From Patescibacteria group bacterium (GTDB lineage: Bacteria > Patescibacteriota > WWE3 > UBA101185 > UBA10185), in NCBI GenBank assembly GCA_018825365.1, contig JAHJEV010000001.1:57601-121600 (forward strand): a stretch of 64,000 nt of DNA, given 5' to 3'. Of this stretch, positions 19,493 through 29,653 are shown in pieces (the stretch's first letter is position 1; each line of letters opens with the position of its first letter). The notes below the pieces were generated by a model that saw nothing but the letters and a program-made list of their open reading frames with translations, ran no database searches and was not told the origin of the DNA. The translations under genes and the position numbers were made by a program.

Positions 19493-19795
19493 ATGGATAA
19501 CTTAAATATTCGTGTCTATAAGGCCGTTTTTCCCGACGGCAGTTATTCTTTCCAATGCAAAACGAAGGACGAGTTTGGAGTAACAAGTATGTCGAACATG
19601 GAGCTGTTGGTTGGAGAGGTAGTGGATAACATACACTTCCTTTCCGCTTCTTGTCATGACGGCAAACTCGGTAATATATCCATCGACTTTCGCCCCTATC
19701 ATGATATAGAATGCTCGGGCGCTAAGCCAAGGCTTTGTATGCCTCTTACCGAGGGAAAGATCAAAACTTTTTGGGGTATTTTTATAACAAAGTAA
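19493..19795 (+). CDS. Hypothetical Cys-containing small protein (orphan)
   Basis: AAGGAG RBS 7 nt before ATG at 19493. About 100 aa. GC above the local background. Followed by a 9-bp stem hairpin (AAGCTAGAA...TTCTAGCTT). Confidence 0.3.
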   Translation: MDNLNIRVYKAVFPDGSYSFQCKTKDEFGVTSMSNMELLVGEVVDNIHFLSASCHDGKLGNISIDFRPYHDIECSGAKPRLCMPLTEGKIKTFWGIFITK

Positions 19796-19884
19796 CCGTT
19801 CTCCGAAGCAAAGCTAGAACACGCTGCAACAACAGGTGAAATTTCTAGCTTTCTTTTGTTTTCGGTTGCTGCTTTAGCCTGGGG

Positions 19885-20961
19885 TTATTCTGCCATCATG
19901 ACAGCCATTTCCACAAGTCTGCAGCTGTAACCCCATTCATTGTCGTACCAAGCAAACACCTTAATAAGGTTCCCATCGATGACCTTAGTCATCGTGAGAT
20001 CAGCAATTGCCGAGTATGTATTTCCGATAATGTCCGAAGAGACAATTGGCTCGTATGTGACTTGGAGTACATCTTTGTAAATCGGATTTTTTGAGGCATC
20101 TTCTAAGGCCTTGTTTACCTCATCGACAGTTACATTTTTTTCTACCAAGGCAGTAATGTCGGAAATAGAACCGGTCATTACAGGAACTCTCAAAGAAACG
20201 CCATCAAACTTCTCTTTTAGATTGGGCAATGCTTCAACCGTCGCATCCGCGGCCCCTGTTGTTGTAGGGATGATGTTGTATCCGCTTGCTCTTGCTCTTC
20301 TTAAGTCAACTTTTTCTCCGAAGGGTGGGCTATCTGCAACATTTTGATTGTTCGTTATTGCGTGGATAGTACTCATTCCTGCTTTTAATATCTTAAATTC
20401 CTTGTCAAGAATAGCTAGGATTGGAGAAATGCAGTTTGTTGTGCAGGATGCGTTTGAGATTGCGTTTTGGCCTAAATACTGAGAATCGTTGACGCCTTTC
20501 ATAAAGGTTTGAATAGTTCCGCCTTTTGTTGGAGCTGAAACCACAACCTTTTTGGCACCTGCTTTTATATGTTCAAGGGCGGAATCGTCTTTTGTGAACC
20601 TTCCGGTACATTCCAACACAACATCTATGTTAAGTTCCCTCCATGGAAGTTTTGTCGGATCTTTTTCTGAAATAACTAGAGTTTTTTTACCTTCCACGAC
20701 AATGTAATTTTCACTACCTTTAATATCAAAGAAATCTTTTTCACCTCTGTTATCTTCAAGTTTTATCTTTTTTCTGTCTTCTTCAAGCCAAATTTCTTTT
20801 CCATATACGCCGTACACCGTGTCGTACTTGAGTAGGTGAGCCAAAACTCGGGGATTTGTCAGATCGTTGATAGCAATAACATCTATTCCTTTACCGTGGG
20901 CGATCTTAAAGGAGGATCTTCCTATTCTTCCAAAACCATTGATTGCAATTCGGGCAGTCAT
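19885..20961 (-). CDS. gap: Glyceraldehyde-3-phosphate dehydrogenase
   Basis: 'INGFGRIGR' and active-site 'SCTTNC'. 358 aa. Confidence 0.95.
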   Translation of the reverse strand: MTARIAINGFGRIGRSSFKIAHGKGIDVIAINDLTNPRVLAHLLKYDTVYGVYGKEIWLEEDRKKIKLEDNRGEKDFFDIKGSENYIVVEGKKTLVISEKDPTKLPWRELNIDVVLECTGRFTKDDSALEHIKAGAKKVVVSAPTKGGTIQTFMKGVNDSQYLGQNAISNASCTTNCISPILAILDKEFKILKAGMSTIHAITNNQNVADSPPFGEKVDLRRARASGYNIIPTTTGAADATVEALPNLKEKFDGVSLRVPVMTGSISDITALVEKNVTVDEVNKALEDASKNPIYKDVLQVTYEPIVSSDIIGNTYSAIADLTMTKVIDGNLIKVFAWYDNEWGYSCRLVEMAVMMAE

Positions 20962-20983
20962 AAGTAAATTGTATATTTATTTT

Positions 20984-21247
20984 TTATAAATGCGAGTCGA
21001 TCCAGTTTTTTAACATTTCTTTTGGCATTGCAGCACTTTTTCTATCTAACTCTTTATCATTTTTTAGAATCACATACGTAGGAATATTCATAATTCCAAA
21101 TTTCCCTGCCATTTCGCTTTCCGCTTCTACATCAATCTTTTGGAATTCGACTTTTCCTTCATATCCTTTTTCCAATTCCTTAACTATCGGGGCCATTGCC
21201 TTGCATGGTCCGCACCAATCTGCATAAAAATCTAAAAATTTAATCAT
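20984..21247 (-). CDS. trxA: Thioredoxin
   Basis: WCGPCK active site. 87 aa. Confidence 0.85.
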   Translation of the reverse strand: MIKFLDFYADWCGPCKAMAPIVKELEKGYEGKVEFQKIDVEAESEMAGKFGIMNIPTYVILKNDKELDRKSAAMPKEMLKNWIDSHL

Positions 21248-21317
21248 TTTATCTCCTAAGTTAGAAAATAATTAGTACGTGATTGGACTATGATAACATA
21301 CTCTTTATATACCCTCT

Positions 21318-22295
21318 ATGGAAAATAATGCTAAGAAAAAATTTACCCTTTACATCTCAGTCGTTTTAGGCTTATTGCTGATTTTCCTTGTGTTTTGGCG
21401 GTTTTTTTCAAGCGTTTTTAGCAAAAGTATTTCTGTAAAAGAAGATTTGAGTGAGAAAAATTACTACACAACTTTACTTTTCAACGAGAATCTGACGTCC
21501 GATTGGAAACCCAGTGAGGTTTTCGGTACGAGCAACAAGCCGGAAATCTCAGGCCAAAGCGCTGTTTTGGTCGATATAAATTCCGGAAAGATACTTTACG
21601 AAAAAAATTCCGCTGAAAAAATGAAGATTGCAAGCTTGGTCAAAATGATGACTGCGGTTGTTGCACTGGAACACAAAAAAATTGGTGATGAGATTATTGC
21701 TTCTCCAAAGGCCGCAACAATAGGGGAAAATATTATGGGAATTTCAGCAAGTGAGGTTTACACACTTGAAGAATTGTTGTACGGATTAATTTTGAATTCC
21801 GGAAATGATGCTGCTTACGCAATTGCCGAGGGAGTTGCGGGGGATGTGGGAACTTTTGGTAAGTGGATGAACATGAAATCAAAAGAGCTTGGGTTAGGCG
21901 ATACATATTTTGCAGATCCAAGTGGCCTAAGTGATGAAAGTTGTAGCACTGCTGTTGATCTGGTTAAACTTGCAAGGTACGCAATGCAAAATGAAGATTT
22001 TAAAAGAATTGCCGGAACAATAAACATCGAACTTCCTTATAGTGATAAACATAAATATTTGTATTTGGAAAATCAAACCAACTTATTAACAACTTATCCG
22101 GGAGTTGCCGGGATCAAAACAGGATACACCGAAGAAGCGGGGTACTGCTTAGTTACTTATGCAAGAAATGAAAATATAGAGTTGATAGGCGCAGTATTGA
22201 AAAGTGAGAACAGAAAATTCGATATGATTTGGATGCTGGACCATGGGTTTTCTGTTTTAGGTTTACCTATTAACCACCCCTTGCTGATATTTTAA
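21318..22295 (+). CDS. D-alanyl-D-alanine carboxypeptidase (PBP5/S11-type)
   Basis: SxxK (ASLVK), SGN (LNSGNDAA) and KTG (GIKTGYT) motifs. N-terminal membrane anchor. Confidence 0.8.
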   Translation: MENNAKKKFTLYISVVLGLLLIFLVFWRFFSSVFSKSISVKEDLSEKNYYTTLLFNENLTSDWKPSEVFGTSNKPEISGQSAVLVDINSGKILYEKNSAEKMKIASLVKMMTAVVALEHKKIGDEIIASPKAATIGENIMGISASEVYTLEELLYGLILNSGNDAAYAIAEGVAGDVGTFGKWMNMKSKELGLGDTYFADPSGLSDESCSTAVDLVKLARYAMQNEDFKRIAGTINIELPYSDKHKYLYLENQTNLLTTYPGVAGIKTGYTEEAGYCLVTYARNENIELIGAVLKSENRKFDMIWMLDHGFSVLGLPINHPLLIF

Positions 22296-22336
22296 AAGAA
22301 TAGAAAAAGCTATGGGGCCAGCACTAACCTGTAGTG

Positions 22337-22365
22337 TTTGACTGCAACACATGTTTGTAATATAA
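22337..22365 (+). promoter_or_regulatory. Consensus sigma-70-type promoter (TTGACT-N17-TATAAT)
   Basis: TTGACT at 22337-22342, a 17-nt spacer, then TATAAT at 22360-22365. Lies about 45 nt upstream of the ORF at 22410, which carries an AAGGAG RBS. Confidence 0.5.
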
Positions 22366-22409
22366 TCACCCCAAGAAATAAAAAAATCAAACAAAAAGGA
22401 GATGAGTAG

Positions 22410-22799
22410 ATGAAGACATTTGAGAAGCTGAAAGGCAGGATAAACCAGATAATTTCCGACTTGCCGTGGTGGTGGGTACTGATTGCTGTGTCCCCCATAC
22501 TCGTTTTTATTCTTTTCACGGTTCTTGAGTCGCTGACGTATATAGATACACAACATATGGAAACCGTGAAACTTGAAAATAACGTAACGGTCGTATTTGA
22601 AGTAGACGGGAATGAATATCGAATATCTGGCGAAAACACCACTCCAGAGGGATGCATAGTAATTCCACTGGCGAAAAACCTGACCAACAGCGAAATAGGT
22701 TTTTTAAGCTGTGGTGGTCAAAGCCTTGGTACCCTTCAGTGTGTAGTTTACTGTACCATAACATCTAATAAAATTGTGCGAGTTGAACACCTGCCGTAA
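22410..22799 (+). CDS. Hypothetical membrane protein
   Basis: 129 aa. One TM helix (WWWVLIAVSPILVFILFTVL). Good RBS and a consensus promoter upstream. Confidence 0.4.
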   Translation: MKTFEKLKGRINQIISDLPWWWVLIAVSPILVFILFTVLESLTYIDTQHMETVKLENNVTVVFEVDGNEYRISGENTTPEGCIVIPLAKNLTNSEIGFLSCGGQSLGTLQCVVYCTITSNKIVRVEHLP

Positions 22800-22921
22800 C
22801 CCTCTCAAGAATTAATTTTGGGAGGGTTATTTTTCTCACACAAAACTAAGCGCCTCAACCAAACTTCGGATAAGGTTCTGTATTAGAATGGCCCCTTAAC
22901 AATAGATGTTATTATATCTTC

Positions 22922-24895
22922 GTGTCTGAAAATTCTTCCGAACTTTTTAAGAGATTAAATCCAAAGCAGGTAGAGGCCGTGAAACATCTTGACGGTCCCG
23001 CTTTGGTTGTTGCCGGCCCCGGAAGTGGCAAAACCAGAGTTCTGACCCATCGTGTTGCGTATCTTATTGAGGAGTGTAATGTTCCCGAGACAAATATTTT
23101 GTGTGTTACTTTTACAAATAAGGCAGCCAACGAGATTAAAACCAGAGTTTCCTTATTGCTATCAAAATCAGATGGTGACACTAAACTGCCTTGGGGAGGA
23201 ACCTTTCATTCAATCTGTTCGAAGATTCTAAGGAAGGATGGGTACGAAATAGGAATTGAACCCTCATACGTAATTTATGACACTGACGACTCCTCAGTTC
23301 TTATAAAAGGAATAATAAAAGACTTTGGAATAGATTCAAAAAGATTTAATCCAAGAGGTGTTTGGGAAACAATTTCCAGTGCAAAGTCAGAGCTTGTAGG
23401 ACCGTCAGATTATGATTCTTTCGCCCAAGGATACCATCAAAGAACGGTTGCAAAAATTTACCCCGAATACCAAAAAAGGATTAGGGATAACAATGCCTTG
23501 GATTTTGATGATTTGTTAATGGAAACGGTGAGGCTTTTTATTCAAGCTCCAAGGATTTTGGAAAAGTATCAGAAGCTTTTTAAATATATTTTGGTTGACG
23601 AATATCAAGATACAAACAAAGCTCAATATGTTTTAACAAAACAGCTATCCGATCTTCATAAAAATTTGTTTGTTGTGGGGGACATGTCTCAGGCTATTTA
23701 CAGTTTCAGAGGTGCCGATTTTAGAAACATTTTAAATTTTCAAAGGGATTATCCGAAAGCTAAGGTTTACAACTTGGAACAAAATTACCGATCAACCCAA
23801 ATAATTTTAGATGCCGCAAAAAATGTTATTAAAAACAATTCAACTCATATTCCTCTTGATTTATGGACGGAAAACAAGAGTGGGGAAAAGATTGTGGTTT
23901 ATTCCGGAGGTACGGACAAAGAGGAGGTCGAATTTGTTATTAGTGAGATCACAAACCAGCTCCTAACCGGAAAAGCTTTTTTGGACATAGCGATTTTGTA
24001 CAGAACCAACGCCCAATCAAGAAACATGGAAGAAGCTTTGATAAAAAACAACATTCCATACAGGATTTTTGGAGGTGTGAGGTTTTATTCCCGTAAGGAA
24101 ATTAAAGATGTTGTGGCATTTTTACGTGTAATTCACAATCCTAAGGATTCTGTTTCTTGGAAAAGGATAGTAAACACACCTCCTCGTGGGGTAGGTCAGA
24201 AATCCGTTGAAAAGCTAAAAGATAAAAAATGGGACTTAGAAGAAATTGAAAAAGTATCTAAACTTCCAATTAAAAAATGGATCGACAGCAAAAGCGTCCT
24301 TTCAACTTTAGAACTCATGGAGAGGGTTTTAGCGGACACGGGGTATATTAAATGGCTTGATGACGGAACAGAGGAAGCTTTAAGTAGAATAGAAAACATT
24401 AAAGAGTTAAAGTCCGTCGCATCTTTGTTTGTAGAACTTCCGGACTTTTTAGAGAATGTATCTTTGATAGAAAACTCTGAAAAGCCAAGTCAATCCAATG
24501 TCGAGGGAGTAACTCTTCTTACAGCGCACGCTTCAAAAGGTCTGGAATTTCCAGTTGTATTTATCATCGGAATGGAAGAAGGTTTGTTTCCTCATTCACA
24601 GTCGGTTGAGCAGCAGCAGGAGCTTGAGGAGGAAAGAAGACTTTGTTATGTGGCGATAACCCGCGCGAAAGAAAGGGTTTTTATGACAAATGCCAGGTCC
24701 CGTCTTTACTTTGGAAATATCCAGGCCAACCTTCCGAGCAGATTTTTGTCGGAAATTCCTAAGGAACTGATGGATTTTAAGGGAATTGATTTCACAAGCT
24801 ACTTTGGAAAAGGGATTAACGGAATGAAAAAAATATCGGATTCGGATTTTCTTGATGAGCCTGACGACGATAGGGGATTTTTTAGTTGGAACTAA
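22922..24895 (+). CDS. UvrD/PcrA-family DNA helicase
   Basis: 'VVAGPGSGKTRVLTHRVAYLI', 'LVDEYQDTN' and 'TAHASKGLEFPVVFI' motifs. 657 aa. Confidence 0.85.
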   Translation: MSENSSELFKRLNPKQVEAVKHLDGPALVVAGPGSGKTRVLTHRVAYLIEECNVPETNILCVTFTNKAANEIKTRVSLLLSKSDGDTKLPWGGTFHSICSKILRKDGYEIGIEPSYVIYDTDDSSVLIKGIIKDFGIDSKRFNPRGVWETISSAKSELVGPSDYDSFAQGYHQRTVAKIYPEYQKRIRDNNALDFDDLLMETVRLFIQAPRILEKYQKLFKYILVDEYQDTNKAQYVLTKQLSDLHKNLFVVGDMSQAIYSFRGADFRNILNFQRDYPKAKVYNLEQNYRSTQIILDAAKNVIKNNSTHIPLDLWTENKSGEKIVVYSGGTDKEEVEFVISEITNQLLTGKAFLDIAILYRTNAQSRNMEEALIKNNIPYRIFGGVRFYSRKEIKDVVAFLRVIHNPKDSVSWKRIVNTPPRGVGQKSVEKLKDKKWDLEEIEKVSKLPIKKWIDSKSVLSTLELMERVLADTGYIKWLDDGTEEALSRIENIKELKSVASLFVELPDFLENVSLIENSEKPSQSNVEGVTLLTAHASKGLEFPVVFIIGMEEGLFPHSQSVEQQQELEEERRLCYVAITRAKERVFMTNARSRLYFGNIQANLPSRFLSEIPKELMDFKGIDFTSYFGKGINGMKKISDSDFLDEPDDDRGFFSWN

Positions 24896-25002
24896 CCACC
24901 TTGGTGGTGTGGGTTTTAGTTGGTACGTTTGTTGTAATAAAAATAAGGAGCCTAGTTTTTATAACCTAAGCTCCTAACATTTACTCTCTATAGCACGCGA
25001 CG

Positions 25003-27300
25003 TTATTCCGGGTTGATTGAAAAATTCTCGGCATCCGCGGCCTTGATTTGAAGCTGAAGTGCTTTGATCTCACCCTTGGTTGTCTTTAGCGTAATCACTC
25101 CGGCAACCTTAATCTTGTCCCGCCTCTCACCGTTGAGAAAGTCAAAAACATCCGAATCCAATTCGTCAAATGTCCAAACGTTAGTGTCGATACTCGGCAG
25201 GTCATAATCTGTGTCAAAAAAGTAAACCACGGGCAGATAGGGCTCCTCAGGATCCTGATCAGTGATTTCGATCAACACGCCCTGAACACCATCGCCGTGA
25301 ACATTTTTGATGTTGCGTGCGAGAACAACATCTTCCTCGACCTCGGTGTATTCGATGGCGTATTGCTCCGTATCTTTGGTATCAATTTCGACCTTTACCA
25401 ACTTTGCAGACCCGCCGTAGTCAACAATATCGACGAACCTTAGCGACTTGGTGGACCCCGGATCCTTCATCGCTTCGCACAAGTCTGTGTCTATTTCTGT
25501 GATATCCACTTCCTCGAACGACTCAGAAGATCTGCTTAAATCAACGGTTTCCCCATCGAAAAGGTACAATTGATCGGAGTACTCTTTATTCACAGGCTGT
25601 TTGGTAATCACAAGGACAAAGCCTTGGATATCATCACCATATTTTTCCTTCAGGACACGCTCGATCATAACACTATCATCAACTTCTTCTCCCTCGATAT
25701 CGAATATGTTGCACGCGTCGTCCGCGGTGATTTCAACCACCAGCAACCTGACTCCATCGCCCAGTGTTTCTACACCCACAATCTTGGCACGATTTTGATA
25801 GTCGGTTCCCATGAGGAATTCCTCAAGTGATGAGAATGTTCCATCCAGGCTTTGATCATCATGAGTGGAGTCGATATTTTCAAGACCACTTATGTCTTCT
25901 CCCTCGAATGGAAACACAAGATCGTTGTAGTCGATGTCTTTGGGCTGGTCTACGATCCTCACGTACACGCCCTGTACCTCATTTCCGTATTGCGCACGGA
26001 TTTTCCGCTCAATGATCTCGCTGTTTTCCAGCTCCTCGCCTTCAATACCGAAACGATCCGCGTCGTCAGCTCGGATATGGACTTCAAGCAGTTTTGAGAC
26101 ACCAAGGTATGTTATGATTTCTGCAAAAACCACCTCGGGCCGTTCCTGCTCACCACGGAAAATTTCTTCCAAGTCAGAATCCGACATGTTGTCGAGCTCG
26201 CGAATGTGAAATTCAGTACCTGAAGCTTCTAGGGCATCCAATGCCTGCACTGTCTCCTCATCGAAGGGATAGACTTCGTCTGGGTAGCAGTAGTTGTCAG
26301 GGACGTCAATGATTTTGACAACAAGTCCCCGAACTGACGAGTTCCTTGCTAAGATTTCTCGGACACGTTTTACAACGACCGCACTGGTCTCGACTTTCTC
26401 GTACGGAAGGTCATATTCCTCAGCCGCTTCTACATCTATTTCGATCTTCAGTAGCTGCACAACGTTTGCAAAGTTGACCAGTCCGACGATTTTCGACAGC
26501 GCCGGTGTATCTCCAGTGAGAAGAGCGTTTGTCAGTTCGTGAGGCATATCATCAAAGCTGCGGAGATTTCCAGGATCTTCAACTTTCCGAAGCCTGTCAT
26601 CGGTCTCCGTATTGAAGGTATAGATCTGCGGAAGATAGACCACAGTATCAGGAAAACCTGTTACAACAAGGACTACGCCCTGAGTCTGCGAACCATATTT
26701 CCTTCGCAGTTTTCGGGAAATGCGGGTAGCCTCGTCCTGGTATTCCGGCAAGATGTCAAAAAGTTCGGCATCTTTGGCCTTAATACGAATCTCCAGAAGC
26801 AAAAAATTACCAACTCGCGTAGTTCCAAAGTCCTGTGCGAGGGTTTCGCCCTGATTGATAACGGTTTCGTCCCGTCTTTCTAGCATAGCTGCTAGTTCCG
26901 GATTAAGATCGGCCATTCTTTCTACATCATACTCGGTGAATCCTCCTTGTAAGCCCGTAGACCTTGGTGTACCTCCAAAAAGGTAGATTCTCGAGCGGTA
27001 TGACTCGTCTTCAGGCACATCGGTAATCGTAACCAAAATGCCTTTTACAAAGTTGCCGTACTTAGATGTGATGGCAGATACCACTGTCGAGATACTCGCG
27101 AGATTGCTGCTAACCACCTTTTTAATGGCGAAAGCAAACAGTCTTGCTAACACAAACGCTGGAAACGCAAACAGCAAGAACAGCACAAGAAGGGTTTCAG
27201 CAGTTACCTTCACGATCTCCCTTCCCACTAAGAACGCCAGAAATGCGTACACTGTCAGTACCAGCGTTCCGACGACAAGTAAAGTACTAAGTTTCTTCAT
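25003..27300 (-). CDS. Membrane-anchored acidic tandem-repeat protein (6 x ~115-aa repeats), unknown function
   Basis: 765 aa. Two N-terminal TM helices. A repeated module appears at least five full times plus partial copies. Each module has a core 'LL.VEI.A.DAE.F.IEGEE...IERKIR..YG..VQGV.V.I.D.P...Y.D.VY.FD.E'. Coding GC is about 50% against a roughly 35% background. AAGGAG RBS. Confidence 0.6.
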   Translation of the reverse strand: MKKLSTLLVVGTLVLTVYAFLAFLVGREIVKVTAETLLVLFLLFAFPAFVLARLFAFAIKKVVSSNLASISTVVSAITSKYGNFVKGILVTITDVPEDESYRSRIYLFGGTPRSTGLQGGFTEYDVERMADLNPELAAMLERRDETVINQGETLAQDFGTTRVGNFLLLEIRIKAKDAELFDILPEYQDEATRISRKLRRKYGSQTQGVVLVVTGFPDTVVYLPQIYTFNTETDDRLRKVEDPGNLRSFDDMPHELTNALLTGDTPALSKIVGLVNFANVVQLLKIEIDVEAAEEYDLPYEKVETSAVVVKRVREILARNSSVRGLVVKIIDVPDNYCYPDEVYPFDEETVQALDALEASGTEFHIRELDNMSDSDLEEIFRGEQERPEVVFAEIITYLGVSKLLEVHIRADDADRFGIEGEELENSEIIERKIRAQYGNEVQGVYVRIVDQPKDIDYNDLVFPFEGEDISGLENIDSTHDDQSLDGTFSSLEEFLMGTDYQNRAKIVGVETLGDGVRLLVVEITADDACNIFDIEGEEVDDSVMIERVLKEKYGDDIQGFVLVITKQPVNKEYSDQLYLFDGETVDLSRSSESFEEVDITEIDTDLCEAMKDPGSTKSLRFVDIVDYGGSAKLVKVEIDTKDTEQYAIEYTEVEEDVVLARNIKNVHGDGVQGVLIEITDQDPEEPYLPVVYFFDTDYDLPSIDTNVWTFDELDSDVFDFLNGERRDKIKVAGVITLKTTKGEIKALQLQIKAADAENFSINPE

Positions 27301-27413
27301 GTCTCTCTCCTTTTATATGGGATATGTAAAAGAGACTCTACTACGGGTTAATTTGCTTGTCAAACCTGTTTTATATGGTTAAATTTGTAGCGGGGTATTT
27401 GTGAGCTTATAGT

Positions 27414-27442
27414 TTGACAAACAAACTGGCATATGTTATAAA
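27414..27442 (+). promoter_or_regulatory. Promoter of the nfeD-flotillin operon (TTGACA-N17-TATAAA)
   Basis: TTGACA 27414-27419, 17-nt spacer, TATAAA 27437-27442. A mirror-image TTGACA for the divergent gene sits at 27358-27363 on the minus strand. Confidence 0.45.
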
Positions 27443-27495
27443 TCACGTTAACAATAAGGGAGCAATCCCATACTCATGTAGAAAAGGAGAGAACT

Positions 27496-28062
27496 ATGAT
27501 ACTTTCGTGGATTTTTGCTGGACTGATGATCCTTGGAGGCAGCTTTTTTGTATTTAGCCTGCTCCTCGGAGGCGTTGGAGACTCGCTCGGGGATATGTTT
27601 CACGGGCTTGATTCAGCGCTTGAAAGCATCGGGCTTGACTTAATACCTGACAGTTTCGAACACGGCTCGGGAGGCGCCGGATGCATTACCATCCTGGCCT
27701 TCATCACTGGGTTCGGAGCTGCTGGCTTGGTGGCATCATTATTCGGCGCGAACGCTTTAATTTGCGTTTTGGCCGGGATTCTATTTGGTGTCATCGTCGG
27801 CGGAATTTACGCTGGGATCACTAAACTGATCATGAGTCAGCAATCAAATTCGTCAACTACCGATGCAGACATAGTCGGCAAGACAGCGCATATAACGGTC
27901 GAAATACCGAAAGGCGGTGTCGGACAAGTAATGCTGACTACCCAAGGCGGAACCCGCCCCTACCCGGCCTGTTGTGTAAATAACCAGGCGGTCGTGAGAG
28001 GGCAATCCGTAAAAGTCATCTCTGTGGAAGGAGGCAGGTTATACGTAGAAAAAGTTGAGTAA
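27496..28062 (+). CDS. nfeD: NfeD-like membrane protein (short form, C-terminal OB-fold)
   Basis: Glycine-rich TM helices. C-terminal 'KTAHITVEIPKGGVGQVMLT...GQSVKVISVEGGRLYVEKV' is a beta-barrel. Sits immediately upstream of an SPFH gene. Confidence 0.7.
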   Translation: MILSWIFAGLMILGGSFFVFSLLLGGVGDSLGDMFHGLDSALESIGLDLIPDSFEHGSGGAGCITILAFITGFGAAGLVASLFGANALICVLAGILFGVIVGGIYAGITKLIMSQQSNSSTTDADIVGKTAHITVEIPKGGVGQVMLTTQGGTRPYPACCVNNQAVVRGQSVKVISVEGGRLYVEKVE

Positions 28063-28118
28063 ACTTTTACCGTAAGCTACCTCAATCATATTCAACTCTA
28101 GATAAAGGAGAAGGTTCT

Positions 28119-29633
28119 ATGGATCTAACTGGATTACTTCCTACGATCGCATTGGTGGTAGGAATCATTGTCGTACTCCTGGTAGCGTTCTTTGCAATTT
28201 CCAGGGCTACGCGTCTCTATCACCGTGTACCTCCCAGCCAAGTGCTGGTTGTCTTCGGACGTGGTAAAACACAGTTCGATGCAGACGGAAAACAGGAAAA
28301 GACCGGCGTACGTTTCATCACCGGTGGTGGCGGCGTAGTGCTTCCAATTCTGGAAGAATGCACCACTATCGACCTGACCGTAATGACGATTACACAGAAC
28401 AAGGACCGAGTGTATTCGACCGACGGTGTTGCTGTCAACCTCGATTGGGTTGCACAGGTGAAGATAGCTGAAGATCAGCATTCACTCGCAACAGCCGCGC
28501 GTACTTTCCTGGGAAAAAGTACGAACCAAATTGTCCAGGTGATTACCGAAACCCTTTCGACGAACTTCCGGGCCATCGTGGGCCAGATGACTGTTGAAGG
28601 CGTGCATCGTGATCGCGATGCCTTCGTCCAGGCTGTCCAGAAATTGGCAGCGGATGAAATGACGGCCATGGGTGTGCGGATTATTTCCATGGGAGTCAAA
28701 GAGATCACCGATGACCTCGGTTACTTTGAAGCAATGGCTGCTCCGAAGATCGCTGAAGTGATGCGCGATGCCAAAATCGCTAAATCTTTGGCCGACCAAG
28801 CTGCCCGCGAACAAGAGGCAAAATCTATGTTGACCGCTCGTGAAGCTGAACTTCACACTGATGAAGTTATCGCTCAGAAAGAACGCGATGTTGAGCTTCA
28901 GAAGGTCGATAAGAATAAGCAGGTCGGTCTCGCCCAAGCAGACGCGGACAAAGAAGTGCAAACCAAAAAGGCTCTGGCCGTTGCACAACAACAGGAAGCC
29001 GAAGTACTGGTTCCTGCTCGCGCTGCCAAGGAAGCTGTCGAGATCAATGCGAATGCGGCAAGGTCGAAGACAGAAACAGAAGCTGACGCAAATGCCTATT
29101 CGAAGAAGACAGCAGCTCAGGCTGAAGCCCAAGCTGTAACACTCACCGGACAGGCTACAGCCGATGCCAATAAGGCAAAACTGTTTGCTGAAGCTGAAGG
29201 CACGAGGGCAAATCTTCTCGCTGAAGCCGAGGGCAAGCAGAAGATCGCTGAGGCCACCGCCGCCGAAGGTGAAGTTAACCTTCGTCAGTTTGTTGCGGCT
29301 GAGCTTATCAAAGCTCAGCAGGCAACTGGCATTGCTTTTGCTGCTGCCATGGGCCAGATTGGTGAAAACGTCAGGATCGTTCAGATTGGCGATATTCCAG
29401 CCGAAAAGAACGGACTTCTCGGTATACTGCAACAGGCCCCGCTCATTGCTGTTCAGCTCAACGAGCAAGTCAAGGCCCTCACCGGCGGTATGTCGATCGA
29501 ACAGGTTCTTACACAGGTTGCTGGTACTCTCAAACTGGCTGGGAAAACCCAAGCAGATGTTAAGACACCGAGTAGCAACGAAGAATCTGCCGCTGACATT
29601 TCTGGAAAGAAAGGTAAGAAGCTGACAAAGTAA
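28119..29633 (+). CDS. floT: Flotillin-like SPFH/band-7 protein
   Basis: N-terminal TM helix, an SPFH domain, then long Ala/Glu-rich coiled-coil with 'AEAEG' repeats typical of flotillins (FloT/YqiK). 504 aa. Confidence 0.8.
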   Translation: MDLTGLLPTIALVVGIIVVLLVAFFAISRATRLYHRVPPSQVLVVFGRGKTQFDADGKQEKTGVRFITGGGGVVLPILEECTTIDLTVMTITQNKDRVYSTDGVAVNLDWVAQVKIAEDQHSLATAARTFLGKSTNQIVQVITETLSTNFRAIVGQMTVEGVHRDRDAFVQAVQKLAADEMTAMGVRIISMGVKEITDDLGYFEAMAAPKIAEVMRDAKIAKSLADQAAREQEAKSMLTAREAELHTDEVIAQKERDVELQKVDKNKQVGLAQADADKEVQTKKALAVAQQQEAEVLVPARAAKEAVEINANAARSKTETEADANAYSKKTAAQAEAQAVTLTGQATADANKAKLFAEAEGTRANLLAEAEGKQKIAEATAAEGEVNLRQFVAAELIKAQQATGIAFAAAMGQIGENVRIVQIGDIPAEKNGLLGILQQAPLIAVQLNEQVKALTGGMSIEQVLTQVAGTLKLAGKTQADVKTPSSNEESAADISGKKGKKLTK

Positions 29634-29653
29634 AATAACATTGTAACCCTCGC

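Noticed and set aside
25317-26883. Multiple 60-114-aa plus-strand ORFs inside the 765-aa repeat-protein gene
   Set aside because: The same GC-driven antisense-frame artefact. They tile the antisense of a clearly coding, repeat-structured gene.
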